This document shows positions 28,258 to 43,500 of a stretch of 64,000 bases of DNA, piece by piece (position 1 is the stretch's first letter; each line of letters starts with the position of its first letter). Origin of the DNA: Octopus vulgaris (Eukaryota); contig OX597814.1 of the NCBI GenBank assembly GCA_951406725.2, positions 135,098,001-135,162,000 on the forward strand, given 5' to 3'. The translations under genes and the position numbers were made by a program. Below the pieces are notes generated by a model. The model saw only the letters and a list, made by a program, of their open reading frames with translations. It was not told where the DNA came from and ran no database searches.

Positions 28258-31200
28258 GATTTGGATATATCGAAGAATCCTAACAAACTTACCAACATAA
28301 AGAGATATAGTCTCAAAACATAAAAAATACCAGAAATTGATGATTAAAAAAACATTCAGACAAATACAAAACCAAAACACCGAGACTTACGAATGTATAT
28401 AATACAGAAAATAGCACCACTAAACACTGTGCACATCCTACATAAAGCACTTTCAATACAGTTTTAAAGATAAGAACACCACAATAAACCAAAAATATAC
28501 AACTTACTTTTCTTCCACAGTTGGAATTTTACCATCGTGTACAGACATGTAATGTTTTTCCAAGGCATCTTGAGAGGGTAATGGTTTTTTGCAAAGTGGA
28601 CATAGGAAACCTTCCTAAAAAGATTTAAAAAATAAAAAAAGGATTTTATCCATAAGCATAAACATTTAGATACAGCAGTTAATAACAAAGAGAAATTGTT
28701 CTAATTGTGTATAAAAGATGAGCAATGGTTTATTGACTAAGAACTTACTGTTATAATAGAGATATCAAATGATTTCTCTTGTATACACTTACTGAAGAAT
28801 AATTAATTGTTAAAGCAAATAAGCTTCGCTTTGCTAAAAAGTACAATTTTAATTATTTTTATCAATTAAACATTTTCTCAGTTCAGTACAATAAGTATGT
28901 TAACCTTCACAAAAGTATAAGTTTGTCATGCAGAATGTATCTCTGGGAAATTTCCTATTGTCAATATTTTAAGTTACCAAGTTAGTGAATGTTTTTTTTT
29001 TTCAGTCAAATTTTTATATGACTCAAGCACCAAAAATCTGGTATGCATGAGTAATACTAGGCTTTATTGAGCATTTTCCCTTTCTTTATTGAAAATTGTC
29101 ACAAGCAAGGCCACAGACCGCTTCTAGATGTGACATTAATACCATAAAAGCCCTATATATCTATGCATATATATGAGAAAGCAATAAAATAATTGATAAA
29201 ATATGTAAATAATCATCATCATCATCGTTTAACGTCCGTTTTCCGCGCTAGCACACGGACAGTTCGACCGGGTCTGGGAAGCCAGGGGCTGCACCAGGCT
29301 CCAGTCTGATCTGGCAGTGTTTCTACAGCTGGATGCCCTTCCTAACGCCAACCACTCCGCGAGTGTAGTGAATGCTTTTTACGTGCCACCTGCACAGGTG
29401 CCAGGGGGGTCTGGCATCGGCCACGATCGGAAATACGAAATAATAAATACAGTAAAGGTGTTAATAAAAATAAATAAAATGAGATGATAAATAGAAGATC
29501 TGATAAAAATATCAAAATGAACAAAACTGCCAGCATTAATATGAATGTCTGGAGTAGGCATAGTACTTAACATAAGATCAACTTCACTTCCTGTCACTAC
29601 TCAAGTTATCTCTTGACATTTTGACAAGAATTAATACTTGAAGCTAATGTCTGTTTATTACAGCTGTAATTTTCATTAATTAAACACTTTTTAGGCTCAT
29701 ACATTAAGTATATTAGTCCCCAATTAATAAAGGATGTTTATTTATTGTCTTAGTGTTTGAATTGTCGCTATTTTAGTAATAATAAATTTCTCTTTCTCAG
29801 CAGCAATTTTCTGCCTCTCACCTTCTGTCTTTACCTGCCTATTTGTCTTGGAATTTTGTCTCACATTAGCTATAAATCTAACTGCTTTGCATCCTCTAAT
29901 TCTTTCTTCAGTTACCTGATTCTGACCCCTCCAATGCATTAGCCATTTCTAACATTTATTAGTTCTTTTCTTCCTTCTTGTTCCTGTTCTCCCATGCACA
30001 CTCAGCATCGTATTTGATATCTAAGAACTTTACACAAAAATACTATAATAAAACTAATGACAGCTAAAGAGGATTAAGAACTTCCCGGAATACTTACACC
30101 ACCATCAGCATAATCTCTTTTGACAACATTGTGTTCTTGGAAATGGTTCTGAAGGATTTCTGCTGAATTAAATGTTTTCATGCACTGAGGACAAATGAAA
30201 CCCTGAAAAAATATATCATAAATATATAAATAAAAAAACAAACTTTTAATGAGCTCAATTATCATCATTGACTTAACACTAATCTGTGTCCCAGTTGACC
30301 AGAAATAATGTTGATGAAAAAGAGATTTTATTATGTTCTAGCTACTTATCTGGCTCCAGGTACAATAGCTGCAAGAAGATTACATAACCTCAGTCATTTC
30401 TATTATTATAACAAATGGTTACCACATTTGATAAAAACATTTTTTTTCTATTGAACAATCTATATTATATTTTCATTCAAACCTATATTGCTATATCATG
30501 TTAACCCATTAGTATTCATATTACTCTGTCAAATATAATGTTCGATTATATAAATTGTTTTGAATTTATCAAGCACTATCTTGTAGTTTAGAGGCATTGT
30601 GATTGTTTAATTTTAGAATGACATTGCAGGGTTGAGGTGAAAAGCCAGATCTGACCAGTTTCAACATAAAACAGGTTAAATATTTTGGCCAGATATGGTC
30701 AGTTTGAATGCTAAAGGATTAATCATGCATTACCTTGTAGCTTTGAGATTAACAACAAAGTGACTGTTTATTTGTAGAATGATATTATAGGGTAGGTATG
30801 AGACTGAATCAAGCTGATTTGAACATAACAGAAGTAGAATATTTGGGCCGGATACGGCCAGTTTAAATGCTATTTCTATTTACTGTTGCAGAAGAAGAGA
30901 TAAGAATTTGGTCTGACAGTGTTGCTGCTGTTTAGCCCCAAGCCAACCCTGGTGCTAAACAAGCAAATCCATAGGCTAGAGCATTTCCTTAAATTGTTGC
31001 ATTGTAAAAAATGAGTATAAAACTGCTTCTGTATTCTAGCATCCCCCTAAAGATTCTTTGCAACTCTTTCTGGATATTTTCTCAGTAATGGGTACTAGCT
31101 TATCCAAAAACGTTACTTGTGGGAAAATTACCAGACTATCTGGTGTAATGTTAGATGCAATACCAAGTAGTTAGTAAGTAGAATGTTCTCACACATAAGG

Positions 31201-34200
31201 TTCTTACAATATTACTATCCTCTTTTGCTCGTTAATTTTAGAAATTTCACTTAATGTATACATACATCTCAATATAGATAAAGATTACATCAATCCTGTT
31301 ACTTGACTGGTATTTTATTTATCAACCCCAAAAGGATGAAAGGCAAAATTAACCTCAGCAGAATTTGAACTCAGATGATAAAGAGCTAAAACTAATGATG
31401 CAAAGTATTTTTTTCTGATTTGCAAGGAATTCTGCCTGCTGATCTGATTTTTCTATATTGGTTTAGATTTATGGGTTTACATCTCAGCTGTGTATCATCT
31501 CATTTAAAGTTCAATATTCTGATCTAACAACTTTTTCCATAATCTTTCTAGGTTTACCTCAACTGCAGATATTCTCTAACATCAACACAACACTTTTTCA
31601 CCCAGAATGTTAATATTTGTAAACATGGGAATCCTTAAAATAATATTTTGTGAAAATATTCCTTCTATTTTTCAATATGCACCAGTAATAGAAGTGTGAG
31701 GCAAAAGGACTGTAAGGACCTAAAGAGCAAAAGTTCAACTGCCACCACAATATAATTGCAGAAAGCTATAAGAATCTGTAAAACAGTGTTCAAATGATTC
31801 ACAGAATCAGCTAACCCAACCTAATGTGAACAAATGGATTTAGTAACTGTCAGAGTTTAGTTATATGTATATAAACCAAATGGCAGTATTTCCTTGAATT
31901 TTTACTTTCATAACCATTTAAATAGTGTCCTTCAATGACTCAAAGTCACTGAAAAAATACAGCAAACATCACTGTATGAGGGTGAGCCAGAAAGTAAACG
32001 CAAATAAAAACTGCATTATTTTCTGACTTTGTAACCAAGCTTTTATCATCATCATCATCAACATTTAGCATTTGTTTTCCATGCTGGTATGGTTGGTCAG
32101 CTTCACAGGAACTGGGAAGGTTAGGGGCTGCACCAGGTTCTATAGTCTGTTTTGGTTTCTGTGGCTGGATACTCTTCCTAAAGTCAATCACTCCACAAAG
32201 TGTATTGGGCACTTTTTACGTGGCACCATCACCAGTGCTTTTTACATGGCACTAGCACTAGTGCTTTTTAATTACGTGGCACCATCACCAATGATTTCAT
32301 CATTAGCACATTTGTTTCACTGATGATGGGGTCTTTCAATTTACTTGTGCCACATTCCTGCTCATAAATCTCTTAATTCTTCATTAGGCCTTATAATGTG
32401 AGAACATTTTTTTTATTTAAGAATATGAAGAACACATTGCAAATGAAACTTGTCCAGCATATCTAAGATTCTTGATTTCCTTATTTAACCCATATCTGCA
32501 TGACATTGCAACACTTCTGACAAAAAAATACACACAACATTATATGGAGATGACATCATAGTTACATTTTGCTACTATCCCAAGGCACAGCTACATAACT
32601 TCTCTAAGTCTGCAATCAACCACCTAGAAATCTATCTTGAAAAACAATAAACTTAAAACAACACCTTTCAGACCACCCCCAACTCACTTCTTATTAGCAA
32701 TGCTAGAGAACATCAGCTATAACCAACCATCATATTCAACAGCATGTCATGCACAAACATACAAGGAGTTACATACTATTGAATATAAGCAATGCATCAG
32801 ATTAATCGTGGTGGAGTCTGGTTCGCCAGACCTCAGTCAAATCGTCCAACCCATGCTAGCATGGAAAGCGGACGTTAAACAATGATGATGATGAANNNNN
32901 NNNNNNNNNNNNNNNNNNNNNNNNNNNNNNNNNNNNNNNNNNNNNNNNNNNNNNNNNNNNNNNNNNNNNNNNNNNNNNNNNNNNNNNNNNNNNNNATGAT
33001 GAATGCCAATCCTGTTTGAAAAATTTGTCCAATCTTCCTACAATAAATCATAATAAACTACAAAGAAACCAAAACAGTTTAATTCACATTCTCACAAGCA
33101 ATGCACAAACCACATCTTTAGACTTGTAATCTGTAATTTTAACCACCTTGTAAAATAAAAGGCAGGCTGTTCTGTAACAGGCCATTATGTGTAAGTACAT
33201 GACTCTCATTATCTACTGTAATTCTACTGTTAGTAATTGATACAATTACAGAATATCCAATACTTTGCAGACCCACTGTACAATAAAACAAAAATACTAA
33301 ATATAAAAGGCCAACAGGGTATGTGATAAAGTACAGGTTGTTATTTCAAATGCTTGCTCTCACAATACATACCACTCTATGTACTATCATTCCAAAAAGA
33401 GTACGCTACAATAGCATCCTAAAAATACAATCATACAAAACTAGCAGCAGCATCAATAGCCTCATTATATATATATATACAATGTGCCGAGATGACTAGT
33501 TTTGATTGTAAATGCATAGGAACAGCAACAACTGAATTCAAATCAAATTTACTTTCCAACCTCTGGGTGGCTACTACTAGATTCTAGATCTAGAGAGCCA
33601 ATGCTATTACTTGACTTTTCAAGAAATAGCAGTCACACTTCCATCAAGCTACACCTTATTGTTTTAAAAAAATGGAAGGATTTACTTAAAAATGTAGTCC
33701 TACAAACCCCTAAGAAAATGGGATGGGATGTCTTCACTGATAGATCTGCGTGATTAAGGCTGACCTGGGGCTTAGAGACAACAAGAAGCATTCAGGCAAT
33801 AGTGAAGGTAGATAGTATAATAAACTCAGATTGCCACCATACATCACATGCAGTTAATCAGTGCATGTCAGAAGTGCAATATAGTCTTCAACTTGATGGA
33901 TGTATAACAACAAACCTAAGGATCAAAATAATCATTTGGCCAATGACCTACATGCTATAGGTCTGCCAGATTAGATACGCAACCATCACATAAGGATATA
34001 AATTATCACCCTCAAAAGACTACAAAATAACATAACATTGATTTCTTATATATGATTAAGGCCTTAACACTTAAGCATTTAAGCCAGCCATATCCAGCTT
34101 AAGATATTCCGTTCCATGTTAAAAACTAGCCTTTCACACCTATCTGACAATGTCATTCAAAACATAAACAATCACTTCATTGAAATCTCAGGGCTACAAG

Positions 34201-37200
34201 ATAATGGATGATTAATTTAAAACAATGTGAATAAATAGGCATTACATTTGAGTAATCTGAATGCTAAACGTTAAATGAGTAGAGAGGAAATGAAATGTTA
34301 TGTTGTGACAGTCATGTATTTCCTAATAGAACATTACTTTCTCTAAACAAAAATCAGTGGAGGCACATGGCTTAGTGGTTAGGGTGTTGGACTCATGATC
34401 GTAAGATTGTGGTTTTGATTTCTGGACTGGGCAATGTGTTGTGTTCTTGAGCAAAACACTTCACTTCATGTTGCTCCAGTCCACTCAGCAGAAGAAATGA
34501 GTACCACTAGGCATGTAACTTAGTGGTTAAGGTGTTGGATTCACAACCGTAAGATTGTGATTTTGATCTCTGAACCAGGCGATCTATTGTGTTCTTCAGC
34601 AAAACACTTCGTTTCACATTGCTCCAGTCCACTCAGCTGTAGAAATGAGTTTAGCTTGGAGAGAGATGGGCTCTGTAAGACTTTCGCACCCAAGATATGC
34701 TGCATGGCTGCAGTGCCCCAACGACCCCCAAGGGATTAATCAATGTCAAACAAAAATCTACTTAAATGGTTTCTCCTTAACCCTTTTGTTACCATATTTC
34801 TGGTGAAATACAGTTTTACTTTGAAATAATCTCCCAAAAATGAAGAATACAATAAAATAAATCAGCCATGTCATTATTTACCTGATGTTTGAAACAAATT
34901 AACATGAAAGTTTAATGAGAAATTTTAACTTCAATCACATTAAAACAGGAAATTTGTACCATAGAACCAGGAGCAGTCTTGGACAAGTTAGTATCAAAAG
35001 GGTTAATATGACAGGTATAGAAAATACAATGAGCTGGCAGAATCATTAGCATTATGGGTAAAATGCTTAGCAGCATTTTGTCTGTCTTTACATTCTGAGT
35101 TCAAATTCCACTGAGGTTGACTTTGCTTTTCATTCTTTCAGGGGACGATAAAATAAGTACTAGTTGAGCACTGGGGTTGATTTAAGCAACTTGCCTCCTC
35201 CCACCAGACTTGCTGGCTTTGTGCCCAAATTTTAAAGCAGATATTCAGCAGCTAAGGATAATGCAATTTGTATAGACCACGAAGATCTGAATTAAGATGC
35301 TCTATGAAAACTAGTTTGGTACCTTATATTTCTGAATTTGAATCAAGTTAGGGACAGAAGTTGGATGAAATTAAGGAAGAGACTACTGGAAACAGCTGTA
35401 AGTCTAATTTACTACAATGAAGAAATAAGTAATGAGCATTATTTTTACCTTGTCTTATATATATATATATTATCCGAAAAGTATAGTATTAAATATCCAT
35501 CACAGCTGATCTTACCAATCAGTTTCATGTAAAGAATACAATGTAGTGTTAGGTAACAATCTGATTATATAACTTTACGCTCATCAGAGTTAGCCGATAT
35601 GGAAGGGAATATGGCAACTGCTCTCTATTGTCGGAGGTGGATTAGCACCTGTGAAAGAAGGTGGTGAAAAAAAGAGGCCAGGGGGATTAGGTTAAGAGTT
35701 ATGTATGCTAAGCTGGTTAGGAGTTATGTATGCTAGGAGTTGGGTATGCTAAGCTGTTAAGAGTTATCTTGAAGTGGGGAAGATGTGTATTATTCATGTG
35801 GTGCTTCTGTGAGGATGGCGTGTGTGATATCAGTAGTGGTGTCATATGCATAATTTTGCCAGGCTCGAAGGCATTGGTGGAAAGTTGTTGGCAGAGGGTT
35901 GAGGAGAGGACCTGTGATTGCAGTCATGGTGGAGCATGCAGATACAATAGGATGTACTTCCTTTCATGCAGGCAAGGATTAAACACCTCACTCCTGCTAT
36001 TCAGGTAGACATCCATGTGTTGGATACCTTTTAACATTGCTCACTTCTCAGCCAGGCATAATCTGCACTTCCTGCTGCTATTGAAGTATGGTTTGCATTT
36101 TTCTAGGATCTTCCACTTCATGCTGTACTCTGTGGTGCTTTCTTTCAAAACTCAGATGTGGTTGGCTAGGGTTGTGGTGTAATGTCTCTATGGGATGTTG
36201 AAGGAGGACTTGTGGTCATTAAAGTGGCTTCTGAAGGGGCCTTCTGTTGCCCCCACATATTTTTTCATGCTCGCTTGTCCATTGGGTCCTTTTGCTGTTA
36301 CTTCTGCCTTGTAAACAACTGTTTCCGTATTGTAGTGGCTGTTCAGTGGACAAGTTGTGTTACCCCTGCATGAGCATCCTGCCTCCGCCTCAGGTGTGGG
36401 CCTACATACTAAAACTTTTTTTACACTAGGTGCACAGCTAAAGGATAATCTCAGGGTGTGTCTATTAAATATTACACTGAATCTATTGATATGGGTGAAG
36501 TGTCTATCAACTAAACTAAGGAAGATCTTACCTACTCTGGTCTTAATGTTTAAAGAGAATGGTGGCATGAACCACAGTACTTTTTAGTGGCGCTTCTCTT
36601 GGTGGGGCTAGGGTTCCGGTTGTAGTACAAAGCAGCAGCATTGAAGATCTCTTTGCTTGAAGACAAGCTGGAAATTCTCCTGCTGACACCTTTAACCAGG
36701 TTCCTGAACACTATGGCTGGATGGCAGGAACCTGTGTTAATGTAAGACAACTTCCTATTTGGTTTCCTAAAGGGCCTATAGGTACCAGATTCTAGGTCTA
36801 GGTCAAGGAAATCTACATTTTTCAGGTTGGTCTCTTAGTGACCTTCAGTCTGAAGGAGTTCATGGTGCTTGCGAGGTCCTTTCTGAGCCTATCTAGTGTG
36901 TGGCTGTTGGTGCCTCTTGATATTGCCAGTGTGTCATCCCTGTAGAGGCCAAAGCTAGTTGAAGGGAATTTATTTTTTAGTATATCTAGGATGAAATACC
37001 AACTAGATCACATATGTCTGCACTGTCAAAAGGACCCATAACCAGCTCAAAGAAGCCCTCTAAGTCAGTTTATTTGGCCCAGGCAGACCTCTTACTGAAG
37101 AGTAGAGTTCTTCTGGCATGCATAATGTGTATCACACACACATATATACACGCATCATCTTAGCTATATTTCACAAGTTTCAGTTAGCTGATTATATTGG

Positions 37201-40200
37201 AATTATCTCCCTTGCTTGTTTCTTTTTCAGATATTAAACACACCTGAGAGGAGTTTTTTTGACTAATTGCATGGATAAAATCAGATGAATACTTTCTTCA
37301 ACTCACTCTGTTACATATATGAGATGTATATTTTGTTGCAGAAAGGTTAGTCTCATAGTCACAATGTTTCAAACAAATAAAAATGTTTCTAAATAAAAAA
37401 AGAAGTACTAAGTTCTAACAAGAACCGACAGTGAACTCTCAGTTAAAAATATGTATTGATTTCTTTAAACAATCTTGAATGATTCTGGCATTTACATGAC
37501 ATTTACCCATGCTGCCAAAAAGTTGATACATGGGAAATTTTATAAATTAGAAACTTTATTTCATTTAAGCACTTTTCTATTCAATTAGAACCATTCAAAT
37601 ATCCTGCATCAATACTGAAAAAAAAAAAATTTAAGAAGTAACAAGTAAGTAGAGACTTCTAATAATAAGAGCAGTTATTTCTTTATGAAGTAGAATACAT
37701 TTACAAGTATGAAAAGTGAAATAAAAATAAACACAAAATGCAAAGCATTAAGCAGTTCAAAAATTCAATCAACTATAATTGTTGTTTAGCTGCAAGTCAA
37801 TCATAGACTTATGGTCAATGGCAAGCTACTCATGATCATCCCATCATCTTGTTTCACACAATATATTTAAGATAGAATTGTTTTTACCACTTAGTAAAAG
37901 AGAGAAGAGCAGTATCCATGACTATTTATTTTCAGGGACTCTAAAACTGGTAGGAGAGAAGGAGGTTATCTTTAAACTAGAGACAGTGTTTTAGGAGATT
38001 ACATTATGTGAAATAATGTATTAAGACAATACAGAATACTGTATTAGGACAACATGATGTATGGAGTATTGCATTAAAGACATCACAGCAATAGGAGCTG
38101 GAGCTTACAGTTTGTAGACTACCATGTTAGGGAGAGTTACAGTGCATGAAATACTCCATGATATATTGTGTGGAATATGGTGAGTGGTATGACAAGGTGT
38201 GGAATACTCAGAGAGTAACAACACAATGTGTGAAATCACAGTGTGTGGAATACTCTGTGAATGACATCACAGTGAGTGGAATATTGTGTGATATAGAGTA
38301 CGAAACATCATATTAAGAGAAAGGAATACTTGCAAATTTCTATAATACAAAATTTGTAGTAAGAGCAAGGGTGTGGAAAATTATTGAGGAAATTTTACAA
38401 TTTGATATCATAATGGTAAATCTATTATAATACATTTTGCATCTAGGATATAAACTGACCTCATTATTTGAGTGATATTTTATTTTATGGACTTTGGTTA
38501 GGAAAGTTCACTTTGAAGGGACTTGAATTCAGACTGTAAAAGGGCTGCGACTAAATGCTACTTGATAAGTCTTCTGACGCTGCTTATTTGTCATTATTTG
38601 ATTTAAAAAGTACAGCAAAAATACCACCCTGCCACAAAAAAAGCAAATAGGTGTGGCTGTGTGGTAGAAGTTTGGTTCCCAACCACATGGTTCTGGGCTC
38701 AATACCACTGCATGGAACTTTGGGCAAGTGTCTTCTACCAAAGCCTTGTGAGTGGGTTTGGTAGATGGAAACTGAAAGAAGCCTGTTGTATGTGTGTGTG
38801 TGTGTGTATATATATATGATGCATATATCTATATGTGTGTGTGTGTCTTTGTATCTGTGTTTGTCTCCAAACCACCACTTGACAACTGGTGTTGGGTGTT
38901 TACATCCCTGTAACTTAGCAGTCAGGCAAAAAAGACCAATAGAATAAGTCCAGGGGTTGATTATTTTGACTAATAAAAAAAAAAAACCCTTCAAGTGATG
39001 CCCCCGCATGGCCACAGTCAAATGACTGAAACAAGTAAAAGATAACCGATATTTTCAGTCTTAAAGACAAAATAGATGCACATAAAAATGTCCACAGAAT
39101 ACACATCAGTAACATGCTGAAAGGATAAGCAAATAAACATGAAAAGTAGCCAAGTCATTAGAAAGCAAAGGAAAACATAAAAACCACAGACAAGATCAAT
39201 GTTAAGAGTAGCTATAGTTAAGAAGATTTAGTGATTAATAATAGTTGGCACTAAAAGAGACAGGTTAATAATGCTGCAAAGAGAATGTAACAAAATATCT
39301 TGCCATCATATTTTGACATAATTGGCATTAACTTGCAACCACAAAGCTGGCTATTTTGGCTCTTAAGGTAACTTTGATCATTCATCAATGGACATAATTT
39401 TGTGTCTGTAACTATATTGACTTATTCAATATTTTAGATAATATGGAATATTAAGAGGTCTGAATATATATACATAAATATATATATGGTTGTGGGTGTT
39501 TGCATGCATGTGTTGATATCTATAATAGAAAATATATGTAACACAGGTTGTAGATTTTCATTAATTTATTTAAAATAAAGGCTTTAATATGTTGCTACTC
39601 CAAATTTCTCAGTTACTTTCACTTCAGAACATACAAGAAGTGAAGAAACTTAGAATTACAACAACGTGAAATCTCAACTTAGGTATCAGCTCTGCATTAG
39701 ATGTTGAGTACTTATTCTTTGCACTTATGCACACACACTCTCACACAGTTATATGTATATAAAGAGGTGCTGAAAAGTTCCTGGCTTTAAGGGTATTGTG
39801 AAACCCCTGGTTGGAGGCCTAATCTTCCAAATTCTTTTGCAGGGCTTAGAAAAACCAAAGGACCACTGCAATAAGTGTGTGAACCTGAGAGGGTTGAATA
39901 AAATCATTATCAACTGATCCACCTCTATTTTCTTTTATCCAATGCCAGGAACTTTTTAACACCCTCTTGTGTATATGTATGTATGTGTATGTTTGTTTTT
40001 TTCATGAATTCTCCCTATATGGAGAATATATATATATATATATATATATATATCATCATCATCATCATCATCATTTAGCGTCCGTTTTCCATGCTAGCAT
40101 GGGTTGGACGGTTCTGCTGGGGTCTGTGAAGCCAGAAGGCTTCATCAGGCCCAGTCAAATCTGGCAGTGTTTCTATGGCTGGATGCCCTTCCTAACGCCA

Positions 40201-40467
40201 ACCACTCCGTGAGTGTAGTGGGTGCTTTTTACGTGCCACCCGCACTGGTGCCAGACATATTATATATATATAATATTATACATACTGATAATATAGGATG
40301 AAGTTTTTTTCTCTACAGAAAAGAATTCCATCAAGAAATGTGGCAGCATATTAAAAAATACCTTTACGGTTTGCTTATAAGATGTTTATAATATTATACA
40401 TATATATATAATATATATACATATATATAAAATATATAATATATATATTTATATATTTTTATATATG

Positions 40468-40530
<63 letters not shown>

Positions 40531-43500
40531 CATACACAAATATATATTCCTTAATTGTTTTAAAGTAGCCATGCTACCAGTGTATACGTTAGCGGGTATG
40601 TGTGTGTTGAAACCTGCAAAAAATTTGAAGAGTTTAAATAAAAACTAAGTTAAGAAGTTTGTTCAGTGAGAACAAAACAAGAACTGAATGTTACATTAAC
40701 AGTGCAATCAATAGATTAATTAATAATTAATTGGTAGATATTTAACCAACATACAAATTTTAATCATATATAATAGATGTTTGGGATATAGTCTTTATAT
40801 AAACCAGTTTCCACATTGTGGAGTATAATCATGTAGTTTAAATCCTTGTAATTTGAATGTAGCTTTACACACACACATCCATTATCATAAATCTTACCAA
40901 TTGGTTTCAAACTGGTTATTAAAACTGGATGTTAGATAACAGCACAGTTACATAATACCATGTGTTCATCAGAGCTGTATGGAAAAAAAACAAGGCACCA
41001 TATATTTTTTTCATAGCTGCTAGCTCTGATGAGCATGCAGTATTAATTGTGCTGTTATCTAACATCTGGTTTTAATATCTGGTATGAAATCAATTAATAT
41101 GATCAGCAGTAATATATGATACTGTAGACTTTGATTAATATATATATATATATATAAATACAAGAAAAAATGGATGTAAATAACAAGGAGAAATTTATTG
41201 TTTTCACTGGTATGTCTTTAATTTAATTAATTAACAAAGAAGAAGGTAGCATTTATGATTGTTTCAACTTAGTTTCAGTAAATATCTTCAGAATGCGAAA
41301 AATAAATTGATACATTGGTAATGGTAATATAGTCAAAATTTGTTAGTCTTACATTATATTATGTTCTTAAGTTGATTATTCTGCTGAGGAGTGGATTTCA
41401 TTGTAGTAGATTGGTTAGTTTATGGTTCTGCTGGGTAATTAAAGCAGGGTGTATATTATTTTGGTGTGGAATCCCGAGTTTGACTAAGCACATTTTTTGT
41501 GCACGTGTGTATTAAATTGGTTTTAATCAGCGGTGAGTTTTCGTCACCAGCGGTATAAATTAAGGAGGGTCACTCTAACTTAAGGTGAAAAAGGAGCTAA
41601 CTCAAACTGGATTGTTTACACTAGGGAGAGTGGTTTAAAATTATATTATGGCTAAAGTTTAGGAAGTTCATAGTGATAAAAGGGGCCCTATGTAGGTGTA
41701 AAGTAAACGTTTAAGGTGGTTCTCAGCTAATTAGACTTATATAGATGAATATGCTAGTGTGGGATTTGTAGAGGATCCTACTATTTTACCTATACTTTGA
41801 AAAGACAAAGAAGCCTACATGAAGACAAAACCTGTGGCTCTCAAATTTCCTATTGAGGAGGGGTTGTTTAGCTAGGCATTCTGATAAGCAGAGATCATAG
41901 CATCTGTTGGCGGTGTTGTACAAGGTTGTTTTTGTAAGTATATGCCAGTTTAATCTATAATCTATTTTTTTTATCCTTAAGCCTTTTATCTATTGAGCCC
42001 TGTTGAATTTGCCTTACTCCTATTTCTGAAGTGTGTTATATCTAAGTATCATTTGGATTTTAGTGGTACCTATATATGATTTTTATCTGGCTATTTGTGT
42101 GCACATCACATTAGTAAACTGTGTTATTTGTCTTACATCTATTTGAGAAATGGCACTTCGTTCCTTCCCTGCAGCCACAAATTATTAGGTATATGTGTTC
42201 GTGTTATGTTGTGGGGGCTATTACTGTTCAGATCTATATCTAAGTTATTAGGAGGCACTACGTTAGTGGTGGGCTTAATTCTATTTGTTGGTTGGTTATT
42301 ATTTTTATTGTTCACAATTTTTCTAGTTTCATAGAATTTGTTTAGTTTTTTATTATTTATTGAGGCTATGATTTTAGCTAAGTTATTGGTCAGGTTGTGG
42401 CCTACTCTAATTTTATACCTAAATAATTCTGCGTATTTATTTTTAACGTTTAGGTGTTTATCTATGATTTTCATTAATGAGCGAACTATGTCTGATTTGA
42501 GGTGCATGGTGAAGGGGATTACAAGCCAGATTATATCACTATTTTGTTTATTTTTTGTATTGTTTTTTCTGGTATAGAACCTACCCACCTTGTTTGTGAG
42601 TTGTGTGAAGTTATGGTTATGGCTATCTAGCTTATTTCCCTAGTTGGGTTTTACTTTCCTGTTACTTTTGTCTGTTTTATTGGTATTGCTTGCGTAGGGT
42701 TTATGTGGACTAGATGGCATGGTTTCCTTGTTATTAACAGGGTTCATATTGGTTCTTTGGGGTGCTTTAGTTTTATTCATACTGATGTGTAGGCTTATAT
42801 TATTATTTTTGTAGCTAATGTTATTTTTGGGCTTATTTGTGTACTTGGTGTTATTAGTTGTGTTAATATTGTTCATCTTATTGACTATTACTTTATTGGT
42901 ATTAGTGTTGTAGTTATTTTCGTTATTACTGGTGGTTTGTATATGGGCCTTGGCGTTGTTATTATTGGGGTTACCCATACTGTTCTTATTGTTGGTGTAG
43001 TTTGTGGTGATGTATGGTGTGTGGTTGGTATTAATGGTTTTAGTGAATGGGTATCTGTTATTTGGGCTACTTGTATGGTGATTAGAGTGAAGGTATTTAA
43101 TTTTTTGTTTAAATCTTGCTTTCTGTAGTGCGGAATTATAGAGTTCCTTATGCCTATTAAAGATATTTATGTTGGAAGACAGGCATGATATTCTATTGCT
43201 AATGCTATGTATTAAGCCACTCTTAATAAAGTTTGGGTGGTTACTAGAAGCGTTTATGTATTTGAGGTTCGTGTTGGGTTTTGTATAGGGTTCATGGAGT
43301 CTTGTGGCTAGGATACAGTTTGTGTGTAAGTAGTTAATAGAGGTGTGTTTCTTTTCAATAGAAATAGATAATCCAATTGATTCCTAACTCTCTTTTAGTT
43401 AATTAGTTAGTATATATATATATATACTAATTAGTTAGTATATATATATATATACTACACTCTCGGAGTGGTTGGCGTTAGGAAGGGCATCCAGCTGTAG

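Noticed and set aside
29742-29939. Charged ORF next to the zinc-finger exon as an extra EEA1 exon
   Set aside because: No convincing splice-site pair, and flanking exons already join in phase
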